From a virus, in the IMG/VR virus record IMGVR_UViG_3300010218_000015, positions 1-45,170 of that record: DNA of 45,170 nucleotides; one strand, given 5' to 3'. A model generated the notes under the pieces. The model was given only the letters and a program-made list of their open reading frames with translations, was not told where the DNA came from and did not search any database. Below, piece after piece: positions 27,496 to 35,354 of this stretch. Each line of letters opens with the position of its first letter. Positions within the stretch are counted from its first letter, which is position 1. The position numbers were made by a program, and so were the translations under genes.

Positions 27496-28667
27496 TTGCT
27501 CTCTCCAGTGGCTGCGGCTGCGCGGTTCATGGTTAGCGCTTCTACAGCCTTGATGCGCTCACCGATCCATCGCATGACGTTGACGGCCATACTATTGCCG
27601 AGCGCCTTATAGCGCGGGCCATCGGCGGCCTGTTTGCTTCCGCGGATGATCGCGGTGTAGTCGTCTGCGAATCCCTGCAGGCGCTCGCATTCTCGTGGCG
27701 TCAGCCGACGAACTGCGCTGCCATATGCGACTGCCTGGTGGCCTCCGCCGTTTGTGTGGCTGCTCGCATGGCCCATGGCGCGCTGAGTTCCAGCGACATC
27801 GCCTACGGAAAATCCATTCTGGCCGCTCGCTTTGCAATCAAAGGCGAGCACGGGAACCAACGGTGTTCCTCGTCCGGTGCCGTCCTCGCTGGCATCAAAA
27901 CCTTCAGCACGCAGAGAATGCGCAACGAGCAACGTCTCCGTCTCCGCATCAATTCTCTGGTTGCTGGTTGTCAACGCGCGAGCGATTTCAGGTATCAGTC
28001 CATCGTCGCACTCGAAGTCTGTGCCGAGTCCACCACCGCCTTTAGTGCGCGCGCTAAGGGTGGGGGCAATTCCTTTCCCCGCTTGGCGGCGCGGCGCAGG
28101 ATGCCCGAGCAGGCTTTCGCGCTCAAAAAGTACCGCTGCGGCACGTCGCCAGTCTCCAAGATGTCCGACAACGAACACACGCCTGCGTCGCTGAGGGACG
28201 GCGCGAGCGTGTGATTCCACTCGGACGTATTGAGCGTCAAGAACGCGGTAGGCGAACCCATACCCGAGTTCTGCCAGCCCCCCGAGCAGGGTGCCAAAAT
28301 CCCGTCCTTCGTTTGAAGACAGGACACCGGGGACGTTCTCCCAGACCAGCCAGCGGGGAGCGTAGCGCTCAGCAATGGCAAGATAGGTGAGCATGAGATT
28401 GCCACGCGGATCTGCCAGTCCTTTTCGCATTCCTGCGACACTGAAGGATTGGCATGGGGTTCCTCCGACGAGAAGATCGATAGCTGCATCAGGCCAGTCC
28501 TTGAACTTGGTCATATCGCCCAGGTTGGGCACAGTCGGATAGTGGTGCGCCAGCACTTCAGCTGGGAACCGGTCAATTTCGCTGAGGGCAAATGCTTCCC
28601 AGCCGAGCGGATTCCACGCGCAACTTGCAGCCTCAATGCCGGAGCAGACGGACAAATAACGCATCAC
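27492..28667 (-). CDS. DNA (cytosine-5)-methyltransferase
   Basis: Motif I LSVCSGIEA, motif IV GGTPCQSFSVAG (PCQ), motif VI ENVPG, and C-terminal QGF...LGNSMAVNV. Confidence 0.9.
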   Translation of the reverse strand: MMRYLSVCSGIEAASCAWNPLGWEAFALSEIDRFPAEVLAHHYPTVPNLGDMTKFKDWPDAAIDLLVGGTPCQSFSVAGMRKGLADPRGNLMLTYLAIAERYAPRWLVWENVPGVLSSNEGRDFGTLLGGLAELGYGFAYRVLDAQYVRVESHARAVPQRRRRVFVVGHLGDWRRAAAVLFERESLLGHPAPRRQAGKGIAPTLSARTKGGGGLGTDFECDDGLIPEIARALTTSNQRIDAETETLLVAHSLRAEGFDASEDGTGRGTPLVPVLAFDCKASGQNGFSVGDVAGTQRAMGHASSHTNGGGHQAVAYGSAVRRLTPRECERLQGFADDYTAIIRGSKQAADGPRYKALGNSMAVNVMRWIGERIKAVEALTMNRAAAATGESK

Positions 28668-29971
28668 TTCCCGCCCTCCTGCTGCGTGGGGGCGGCGGCG
28701 AATTCTGTGTGTGCTGTGGCGGCTGCCATCAGTGCCGGATCGGTGTATGGGATGCCCTTTGAATGAAAGAAAAGAGCGGCGTCGAGATGATCGCGTGTCG
28801 TTACCTCCTTCCTACCGAACTCCATTGCTGATAGATGGGCCGCTGATTTCCCAACGTAGGCAGCCATTTCGGCCAACGTCGCATTGGCAACGATCCGGAG
28901 AGCGCGCACCAACATTCCGTATGGCGTGAGCGGATTCAATTTGAGCACGCCTACATCCTCCACCACGCCCGCCCGCTGGCCTGCATCGTGGAAACCTTGC
29001 GCATATCCCGCGTTGTAACGTGCTTGGCCAAGCTGTTTTAGCTTGGCGTCTGAAATGAATTCTCCCGCCCGCTGGCCGGACTGGGCGGCGCGCCAAGCGG
29101 CAAGACCAATCCCCATCCATCCATAGTCATATCCGGCTTTTTGAATCTCCGGCCATGCTTTGAGAAATGCCGGGTCTTCAATATTCGGATCAAACGCCGC
29201 GCGCTCACCCGCCCCCGGCTCGGCCTGCACCTTCTTCATGGCATCAGCCAATCCTTTGGCATAGCCTTGTGATTTCAAATTACGGGCAGCCTTAGATACC
29301 TTGGGATCAAGAGCCACTTCAACATGCCAGTCCAACAGCTTTCCCACTGCTGTGCGAGCATCGGGAAATGAATCAGCAGTAGATCCGATGCTTACCAGTT
29401 CATTGTCTACAGCCAGTTTCCAAGCATTGTTGCGTAGCTCTTCTCTGCGCTTCTCTTCTTCGTTCAAATAGCGCTTCGGCTCAGCCTGCTGCTGGGCGGC
29501 TTGCGGCATCACGGATGCATAGATCGGCTTGCCGAACATATCGAAGTCGATCGGCTCGCCCGCAGATTCGGCAGGCGCGTTCATCGCATGGCAGGTGCCG
29601 CAAGTGCCTGGGTTGTGCGCCATGATTCCGTCACCACACTGCACACAGAAAGGTTGCGCAGATTCGGCAGGCGGGGCAGCGTAGAGCGCTGTCGCTTTGT
29701 ACACGCACTTTTCTCGATGCTGTTCCAGCCAGTTTCCCCATGGGTTGGATTCGGACGACGAATGCATTTTCAAATGCGTTCCATCCGGTTCGATCATTTC
29801 ATGCAACCATGCCACGGGCTGCACATCAGCATGCGCGCGGAGCAATCCGACCAAGTTCAGGGCCACCACTAAGTCTTCACGGAACACTTGAACCTTGGAT
29901 TTTTGGCTTTGGCCTGCTTCATCTTCTAGACGAAATATTGCGTCTTTCTGTTCTTCACTCAGCATCGTCAT
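28664..29971 (-). CDS. Composite hypothetical protein (zinc-ribbon segment, internal repeats, C-terminal XRE-type HTH)
   Basis: The start is at MTMLSEEQKD (29971), after AAGGAAG. It contains CVQCGDGIMAHNPGTCGTCH, the repeat SGQRAGE / DAGQRAGV, and a C-terminal LAEMAAYVGKSAAHLSAMEFGRKEVT. It is visibly AT-richer than the structural genes. Confidence 0.6.
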   Translation of the reverse strand: MTMLSEEQKDAIFRLEDEAGQSQKSKVQVFREDLVVALNLVGLLRAHADVQPVAWLHEMIEPDGTHLKMHSSSESNPWGNWLEQHREKCVYKATALYAAPPAESAQPFCVQCGDGIMAHNPGTCGTCHAMNAPAESAGEPIDFDMFGKPIYASVMPQAAQQQAEPKRYLNEEEKRREELRNNAWKLAVDNELVSIGSTADSFPDARTAVGKLLDWHVEVALDPKVSKAARNLKSQGYAKGLADAMKKVQAEPGAGERAAFDPNIEDPAFLKAWPEIQKAGYDYGWMGIGLAAWRAAQSGQRAGEFISDAKLKQLGQARYNAGYAQGFHDAGQRAGVVEDVGVLKLNPLTPYGMLVRALRIVANATLAEMAAYVGKSAAHLSAMEFGRKEVTTRDHLDAALFFHSKGIPYTDPALMAAATAHTEFAAAPTQQEGGK

Positions 29972-30284
29972 CTTCCTTTGTTGCGGCGATGGCGGCGTCG
30001 ACGGCCGTGTCGAGTTCTTCGGCACGCAACGCGTCTCCGATTCCGTTGACGATGCTGAATTTCTGGCCGCTGCGCAGTTGTCGGTAGCGGGCCGCATCCT
30101 TCACCGCCTCTTCAAGGTGCTTGGCGCAGGCGATCCATGAATTCCAAGCCGCGTAGGGAGCGGGGAACTTGTATTCGCCGTCGGCAAATCTTTCCGGCTT
30201 GACATGACCTCGCTCACGAGCCCACCAGTCTTCAAACGCTTCGCGCAGCTTCGCAAGCTGCGCCTCTATCAGATCGGATGGCAT
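29955..30284 (-). CDS. Hypothetical protein
   Basis: The start is at MPSDLIEAQLAKLREAFEDWW (30284), 1 nt after the upstream stop. The track start 30413 runs through the upstream gene. Confidence 0.6.
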   Translation of the reverse strand: MPSDLIEAQLAKLREAFEDWWARERGHVKPERFADGEYKFPAPYAAWNSWIACAKHLEEAVKDAARYRQLRSGQKFSIVNGIGDALRAEELDTAVDAAIAATKEDDDAE

Positions 30285-30285
30285 G

Positions 30286-30492
30286 TTAGGAGTCCCGGTA
30301 GTTGAGCATTTCGTCGGCCATCCTGTAGGCGTGCATTGCGATGTATAGCTTTTCGCTTGCACTTGATGGAATCGGGCCGCCGCTGAAGGCTGCCTGCATC
30401 GCCAAGCCAGCAAGCCAATCGCGCAAGCTCATTCCAGAAACATCAGAGAACGCGGGATTGGGAAACGCCGGTCCACCGTTGTTCTTGTCCAT
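30286..30492 (-). CDS. Small hypothetical protein, paralog of 34214-34423
   Basis: The start MDKNNGGPAFPNPAF lies after GAGGAAG. It shares the motif PAFP...GMSLRD(W/Y)...A(Y)xMADxML with the 34214-34423 product. Confidence 0.65.
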   Translation of the reverse strand: MDKNNGGPAFPNPAFSDVSGMSLRDWLAGLAMQAAFSGGPIPSSASEKLYIAMHAYRMADEMLNYRDS

Positions 30493-30503
30493 GTCTTCCT
30501 CGT

Positions 30504-30938
30504 CTAAACCGTGATCCAGGCTGCCGCTACGTCGCGGTGCGGGCGAAACTTCGATTGCCATGCTGCGTGCCGGCGGCGCATTTCTGCACGCGCGGCTTCC
30601 TCTGCGTCTTCAGCTTCGGCTGCCGTCGCCTTTTCTTGCAGGTGACGGTAATCGTCAATGCATGCGTCCACGCCAGCGCCGAGCACATAGGACGGGACAA
30701 GCTGACGGCGCATCAACTTGAAGCAGCCGATGTGCACCGAACCTTCCTCGCGCAGCAGCGTCAGAATTGCGCGCAGCGATGTGTCCAATGCAACGGTTTT
30801 CTTGCGCAATTCGTGGAAGGCCAAGCCCGCGCTTCCAGCTTCTTTCAGCGCCGCAACAACGCGCTCGTGAGTGCGCCGCCGCTTGGCGGCATTGCTGGCC
30901 ATCAGGCCAGACACGTCGGAGTTTTTTCCTTTTCCCAT
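30504..30938 (-). CDS. Hypothetical protein, possible winged-helix DNA-binding protein
   Basis: A 144-aa ORF with a basic N-terminus (AAKRRRTHERVVAALKEAGSAGLAFHELRKK). It sits directly downstream of the exonuclease gene. Confidence 0.55.
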   Translation of the reverse strand: MGKGKNSDVSGLMASNAAKRRRTHERVVAALKEAGSAGLAFHELRKKTVALDTSLRAILTLLREEGSVHIGCFKLMRRQLVPSYVLGAGVDACIDDYRHLQEKATAAEAEDAEEAARAEMRRRHAAWQSKFRPHRDVAAAWITV

Positions 30939-30940
30939 GG

Positions 30941-31558
30941 TCAGGCACTCTTCCGTTCCAATTCGGCGACCATTTGCTGCAACTCGGCTTCAAACTGCAG
31001 CAGGGCGGCCAGCATTTCGCTGATGAAGTCGTCGTCGCGGAGAATGCGCTGCACGTAGAGGCGCAACCGCTCGCACTGGCGCGGGTCGTAGCTGATGAAG
31101 TCCCACCAGGCACGGCCGGTAACCATCATGTTTCCCTGCACCTGCGGCATGTGCTCTTCGGGCATGCCGCAGAGCCACGTATTGATGTGCACTGCCTCAT
31201 CGTGTGGCGACTTGATTTCAATGCCGCCGACGGTGCCGACCAGCCCGTCGGGCGAAGCGCCGATGAAGTTGTAGCGCGGGTGCAGCAGGAACGGGCTGCG
31301 CTCGACGATGTTGCCGCTGACGAGTTCGTACGTCTGGACGGCCGCCTCTTCAACTTCCGTGCCCCACGTCAGAGCCCGGCCGCCGATCTCATGCGCAGGT
31401 GTGCCGGCCATGCGCTCGAAAGCCAGTTTGCGCATGAGCGTGCCTCGCGCGGCGGTGGGCTTGCCGCCCTTGGTCGTGCTGATGATGTCGACAAAGCACG
31501 ATGCGGTCAGCTTGCCGGCGCGAGCGAGATACCACTCTTCGGTGCGCTGATCAGCCAT
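30941..31558 (-). CDS. YqaJ/lambda-Exo-like recombination exonuclease
   Basis: The start MADQRTEEWYLARAGKLTASCF overlaps the recT stop (ATGGCTGA). It carries PD-(D/E)XK-type ASPDGLV...GGIEIKSP. Confidence 0.8.
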   Translation of the reverse strand: MADQRTEEWYLARAGKLTASCFVDIISTTKGGKPTAARGTLMRKLAFERMAGTPAHEIGGRALTWGTEVEEAAVQTYELVSGNIVERSPFLLHPRYNFIGASPDGLVGTVGGIEIKSPHDEAVHINTWLCGMPEEHMPQVQGNMMVTGRAWWDFISYDPRQCERLRLYVQRILRDDDFISEMLAALLQFEAELQQMVAELERKSA

Positions 31559-32351
31559 TGCTTTGCTCCTGATTTTCTGCATCGCTCGGTGCAGCCTCAC
31601 CGGTCAGCGCCTTGAGGCGCGCCAGTTCATCTGGGCCGATGGCCTTGCGGTCATCCTTGGTCAACTTGCCCCAGGCATCCGCCAGAGGATCAGCACCGCC
31701 TTCTTTGGCGACGATCTCCAGGTCGGCAATGATGTTGTTGAGGCGATCGTCGCGTTCCGCTGGCTTCGGCAGTGCCGCTTTGGCAATCTGAGACGGCGAC
31801 GCATTGCGCGGCGTGATGTCGCGCTCCGTCGGGATGTCCATGACTTCCTCGGCAATCGGGATGCCCTTCAGCACGTCGCTGAACTTGTCGCGCAGGGCGA
31901 ACGCCCGGGCGCGCATCTTCTTCATCCGCTTCGGGTACTGAGTCCACGGACCAGACTTGTTCAGCAAGCCGGCCGTCTTTGCTTCAGCATCTCCGAAGCG
32001 CTCGACATGCTCGTCGTGCCCGCGGCGCTTCACCACGCATACAGCCGTGCCGTTCTCTTCGTACTCGTTGACGTATTCGCATGCGGGCGACGCCAGAACC
32101 AGCGCGAGCACAGCATCACCCCACAGGGACGGGCGGCCATTGATGACGGCGATGTTCTGCATGGCCTGCATCGGCTTGAGGCCAAGTTCCATGCCCCATT
32201 GGATCGCGACAAGGACGTTGCCCGGTTTGCCCTGAAAGTCCTTGGGCACGATCGACGAATCGGCCAGATGCTCGGCAAACTCCATGGCCTCCTGCAGGTT
32301 GCGGGGTGAAAGGTCAAACTGCTGCGGTTGGACTGCTGCTACTTCGTTCAC
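31551..32351 (-). CDS. recT: RecT-family single-strand annealing protein
   Basis: GNVLVAIQWGMELGLKPMQAMQNIAVINGRPSLWGDAVLALV is a typical RecT core. It is paired with the exonuclease gene. Confidence 0.85.
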   Translation of the reverse strand: MNEVAAVQPQQFDLSPRNLQEAMEFAEHLADSSIVPKDFQGKPGNVLVAIQWGMELGLKPMQAMQNIAVINGRPSLWGDAVLALVLASPACEYVNEYEENGTAVCVVKRRGHDEHVERFGDAEAKTAGLLNKSGPWTQYPKRMKKMRARAFALRDKFSDVLKGIPIAEEVMDIPTERDITPRNASPSQIAKAALPKPAERDDRLNNIIADLEIVAKEGGADPLADAWGKLTKDDRKAIGPDELARLKALTGEAAPSDAENQEQSNG

Positions 32352-32397
32352 GGTGATCTCCTAACCCGAGACTCGGCCGGGCGTGGTGGAAAAATGG

Positions 32398-33522
32398 TTA
32401 GGCGGCTTTCGGCATCTCGGCGTCGACAACCTCGGCGGCGTCGATAGCCGCGCGCAGTTGTGCCGCGCAGAACATGTCCGGGCCTTCGGCCAGCGCTGCC
32501 TTGCAGGCCGCCAGCAGCAGATGGGCCGCGCCGCGCAGTTGCTCTTCCGCTGCCTGTGCCGCTGCGGCGCGTTGCGCCTCTTCGCGCTTGCGCTGTTCTT
32601 CGGCTTCGCGTTGTTGGCGTTCCAGCTGGGCGCGTTCCTCGGCGAGGCGGCGCGCTTCCGCTTCCTGCGCTTCGCGTTGCGCCCGCAGTTCGGCTTCTTC
32701 GGCTGCCAGCTTTTCGCGGGCGACGCGATCAGCCTCGGCGCGCTCGGCGGCCAATTGGTACTCGTGTGCTTCGCGTTCGGCTCGCAGCTGCGCTTCTTGG
32801 GCTTCCCGCTCGGCGGCAAGGCGGCGCTCTTCTTCAGCACGGGCTGCGGCAGCCTGGGCCTGACGCTCTTCTTCGGCCTTGCGCAGGCGGTCCAGCTCTT
32901 CTCGCTCGGCCGCCAGGCGCGCCGCTTCTTCTTCGCGGGCGATGGCTTGGGCGTGGATCTCGCGCAATTTGTCCAGCGTTTCATCCTTGGCAAGCTGCGC
33001 TTGGCCTTGGAATTCTTCGAAACTGGCGTCGATCACCATGCGCTCGATGTCGCCGATGTGCTCCAGCACCAGTGCGGGCTTGCACGTCGCTGCGGCGGCA
33101 ACAGCGCCGCGAATCTCTGCAATACGTTCCTGCAGCGCGGCAATGCGTCGTTTTTCGGCTTCCGCCTTGGCCTGTTTCTCGCGCTCGCGCTCTGCGTCCC
33201 ACGCATCGCGCAACCCGCGCAGCCGGGCTTCTTCCGGCTCAATGATCGAGATGAGGCGCTTTTCCTCTTCGATCACGGCTTTCGAGAACTTCGTCGCGTC
33301 GTCGCGCGCTTCCTTGCCCGCCTTGGTGATGGCAATGCGTGCATTGGCCAAGGTCATCATGGCGGCGTGGCATTGCTCACGGCCAGCCGTGTTCTTGATC
33401 TCGACGATGTCGGCATGCTTCTTCGCCAGCATCAGCAGGTTGGCCTCATGCTCGGCGGTGCCAAGCGCGATAGCGGCGCGCTCGGGCAACGTGAGCGCAG
33501 TAGTGTTCTTTGCTTCGATCAT
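32398..33522 (-). CDS. Long coiled-coil hypothetical protein (Ala/Glu/Arg-rich repeats)
   Basis: A 374-aa ORF. The C-terminal ~200 aa are made of AEREAQEAQLRAEREAHEYQLAAERAEADR...-type repeats. It lies upstream of recT. The long + strand ORFs over it are shadow ORFs. Confidence 0.65.
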   Translation of the reverse strand: MIEAKNTTALTLPERAAIALGTAEHEANLLMLAKKHADIVEIKNTAGREQCHAAMMTLANARIAITKAGKEARDDATKFSKAVIEEEKRLISIIEPEEARLRGLRDAWDAEREREKQAKAEAEKRRIAALQERIAEIRGAVAAAATCKPALVLEHIGDIERMVIDASFEEFQGQAQLAKDETLDKLREIHAQAIAREEEAARLAAEREELDRLRKAEEERQAQAAAARAEEERRLAAEREAQEAQLRAEREAHEYQLAAERAEADRVAREKLAAEEAELRAQREAQEAEARRLAEERAQLERQQREAEEQRKREEAQRAAAAQAAEEQLRGAAHLLLAACKAALAEGPDMFCAAQLRAAIDAAEVVDAEMPKAA

Positions 33523-33541
33523 CTTGGTTTGCTCCTCGTTG

Positions 33542-33745
33542 TTATCGAATCAGGGCGCCAGCAGCGCAGCCGACGACGAAAGCCATCACGACGCCAGCAC
33601 CGATGCCAGTTGCGATTGCTGCGGCCCAGTCCTTCCACGTGGGCTGCTTGGCGAGCTCCGCACCAGGCCCGAAGGCTTCGGCCAGCGTGCGGTACTCGTG
33701 GTAGTCGACGACCTCGGGGCAGGGAACGCGCATCACAGACCCCAT
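33542..33745 (-). CDS. Small membrane protein (C-terminal TM segment)
   Basis: A 67-aa ORF ending in WAAAIATGIGAGVVMAFVVGCAAGALIR. Confidence 0.55.
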   Translation of the reverse strand: MGSVMRVPCPEVVDYHEYRTLAEAFGPGAELAKQPTWKDWAAAIATGIGAGVVMAFVVGCAAGALIR

Positions 33746-33891
33746 TGCGGCGGGATGAAGTACGCGGCAGTCGCGGCGGCGATCAGCAGCAGGACGGCGG
33801 CGTTCAGGCGTCGGTTGTTGCGGGCCCTGCGCGCGAACTGGTTCTCGCGCTCTGCCGCGCGCATGGCGGCTTCGTTGTCGGTCAGGTGCAT
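33733..33891 (-). CDS. Small membrane protein (52 aa; below the ORF-track threshold)
   Basis: My own translation is MHLTDNEAAMRAAERENQFARRARNNRRLNAAVLLLIAAATAAYFIPPQWGL. Third positions are almost all G/C. TGACATG couples it to the upstream gene. Confidence 0.6.
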   Translation of the reverse strand: MHLTDNEAAMRAAERENQFARRARNNRRLNAAVLLLIAAATAAYFIPPQWGL

Positions 33892-33892
33892 G

Positions 33893-34195
33893 TCAGGCTC
33901 CCGTGGCTTTGGCGATGGCTCGCAGAGCTCGCTCTTTCGTTTCGTAGGCGTCAGGAATCAGCACGAGGGCTTCCTGCAATACCTCCAGCAGTTCCGGCGC
34001 GGCTGCGATCAGGCGGGCGTTGGCTTCCTGAATTCGGACGTATTCGCCGCTGACCGTCTCGGCGATAAGCGTGGCCACATCCGAGTAATTCGGCGTGTAT
34101 GGCGCGTCTTCTTGCTGCGCTACGTAAAACCGCGTGTCGCCCCACTGCTCCGAGCTCGAGAACGTCCACGGCCCCGGCGTGTGCTTCGTATTCAT
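33893..34195 (-). CDS. Hypothetical conserved phage protein
   Basis: A 100-aa ORF. HTPGPW at the N-terminus and EANARLIAAAPELLEVL are motifs recurrent in small early phage proteins. Confidence 0.65.
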   Translation of the reverse strand: MNTKHTPGPWTFSSSEQWGDTRFYVAQQEDAPYTPNYSDVATLIAETVSGEYVRIQEANARLIAAAPELLEVLQEALVLIPDAYETKERALRAIAKATGA

Positions 34196-34213
34196 GGTCA
34201 GGCTCCTTGGTGG

Positions 34214-34423
34214 TCAGGCGCGAGCCGCGAGCATTGCGTCAGCCATTTCATAGGCCCGCTCTGCTACGTTCTTTGCGCTGTACACGGCGCCTTCTTCTTC
34301 CGATGCCAGCATTCCGCCTAGCGCCTTCGCAGCGAAGTAATCACGCAGCGACATGCCGTTGAAGTCTTCGTCGTGCTGCAGCCCAGGAACCGGGAAGGCC
34401 GGCTCTTTGAACGTCTTGCCCAT
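34214..34423 (-). CDS. Small hypothetical protein, paralog of 30286-30492
   Basis: MGKTFKEPAFPVPGLQHDEDFNGMSLRDYFAAKALGG...AYEMADAMLAARA. Confidence 0.65.
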   Translation of the reverse strand: MGKTFKEPAFPVPGLQHDEDFNGMSLRDYFAAKALGGMLASEEEGAVYSAKNVAERAYEMADAMLAARA

Positions 34424-34452
34424 GTCTGCTTCTCCTCGTTGTCAGTGGTGGG

Positions 34453-34695
34453 TTAGGCGCGAAGGTCGCGCGCATCGCGCTTCCACATCGAGGCGGCAAG
34501 CGGCGAGTTCCACCACGCATCGCTTTCGGCCGGCTTCGGTTCAGGGCCTTGATGCATCTGCGCCTTTGCGGAATTGAATGCCTTCAACGCGCGGTCATAT
34601 CGAATGCGCATCTCATCGGTTTCCACGTCGGCGCAGCGCAGTGCGTCAGCGGCGTCGTTGTATTCCTTCTTGATCGCTTGGAAGTCCATCGTCAT
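34453..34695 (-). CDS. Hypothetical protein (80 aa)
   Basis: The start is at MTMDFQAIKKEYNDAADALR (34695), after AAGGGG. The upstream part of the track ORF is Ser/Arg-rich and overlaps another small gene. Confidence 0.55.
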   Translation of the reverse strand: MTMDFQAIKKEYNDAADALRCADVETDEMRIRYDRALKAFNSAKAQMHQGPEPKPAESDAWWNSPLAASMWKRDARDLRA

Positions 34696-34702
34696 CCCCT
34701 TG

Positions 34703-34864
34703 TCAGTACCGACGCCGCTGGGCGCGCTCTTCTTCCAGTTCATCCATGAACGTCTCGATCTCATCGCTCCCGCGCGTCGCCCACACAGCGACACCGGCGA
34801 AGATGGCGAGGATCGCGACGAAGCCAAACATCACGACGACGATGCGGGTCTCTTCGTAGGTCAT
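34703..34864 (-). CDS. Small membrane protein (53 aa; below the ORF-track threshold)
   Basis: My own translation is MTYEETRIVVVMFGFVAILAIFAGVAVWATRGSDEIETFMDELEEERAQRRRY. Third positions are G/C-rich, and it starts 4 nt after the upstream stop. Confidence 0.6.
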   Translation of the reverse strand: MTYEETRIVVVMFGFVAILAIFAGVAVWATRGSDEIETFMDELEEERAQRRRY

Positions 34865-34867
34865 GAT

Positions 34868-35179
34868 TCAGGCGGCGTAGGGGATGGACATGCCGAGCGA
34901 GTGCTCGAGCCGGCCGCGCGATTCCTCTTCGGCGATCAGCGCGTCGGCGGCTTTTTCTTCCTCGGCGACGGCGTTGCGGATGTCCCGCAGGAACTGCTGC
35001 ACCAGCTCACGGCCCAGCGAGGCCATGGCCGGATCACCAAGGTCACCGCGCAGCAGAGCGTTCGCGATGGGCGCCATGTAGACGTGGGTGTCGTCTAGAC
35101 CTTGGTCCGCGCAGTACATGCCGTCGGCCACAAGGGCTTGGCACACCAGGCGTTCCGTGGGGGTGACTGCATTGACCAT
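34868..35179 (-). CDS. Hypothetical protein, first gene of the leftward early operon
   Basis: A 103-aa ORF with RBS GGAGAG 7 nt upstream. It lies about 40 nt downstream of the PL-like promoter. Confidence 0.65.
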   Translation of the reverse strand: MVNAVTPTERLVCQALVADGMYCADQGLDDTHVYMAPIANALLRGDLGDPAMASLGRELVQQFLRDIRNAVAEEEKAADALIAEEESRGRLEHSLGMSIPYAA

Positions 35180-35223
35180 CGCTGCTCTCCATCTGCTGGC
35201 ACCGTGTGGTGCGTCGATGGATG

Positions 35224-35269
35224 AATATTAGTCCGACTGATTCTTGTGGTCAAGAGTCGGACTAATATT
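35224..35269. promoter_or_regulatory. Operator pair at the PL-like promoter (15-bp near-palindromes ATTAGTCCGACTGAT and AAGAGTCGGACTAAT)
   Basis: A perfect 15-bp inverted repeat, aatattagtccgact (35224-35238) and agtcggactaatatt (35255-35269). The palindrome centres at 35234 and 35259 are 25 bp apart. The same 14-mer occurs at 36726-36739. Confidence 0.7.
35225..35253 (-). promoter_or_regulatory. PL-like early leftward promoter (TTGACC-17 nt-TAATAT)
   Basis: On the minus strand the -35 TTGACC is at 35253-35248 and the -10 TAATAT at 35230-35225, with a 17-nt spacer. The operators flank and overlap both hexamers. Confidence 0.7.
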
Positions 35270-35307
35270 TATTTGTAACAGCAGAGGCATGCCAACTGAC
35301 GTGACCG

Positions 35308-35333
35308 AAAAAAAGCCCGCTCGATGGCGGGCT
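35308..35333 (-). terminator. Rho-independent terminator ending the cI / secreted-protein transcript
   Basis: On the minus strand: agcccgc catcga gcgggct followed by TTTTTTT. Confidence 0.8.
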
Positions 35334-35354
35334 ACTGGCCGAATGGAAGAATGC

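Noticed and set aside
32383-34321. 556-aa and 480-aa + strand ORFs across the early leftward operon
   Set aside because: They are kept open by periodic GC-rich coiled-coil coding repeats on the other strand. Their translations are Arg/Ala/Leu/Ser low complexity, and they would run against the whole co-directional minus-strand operon.
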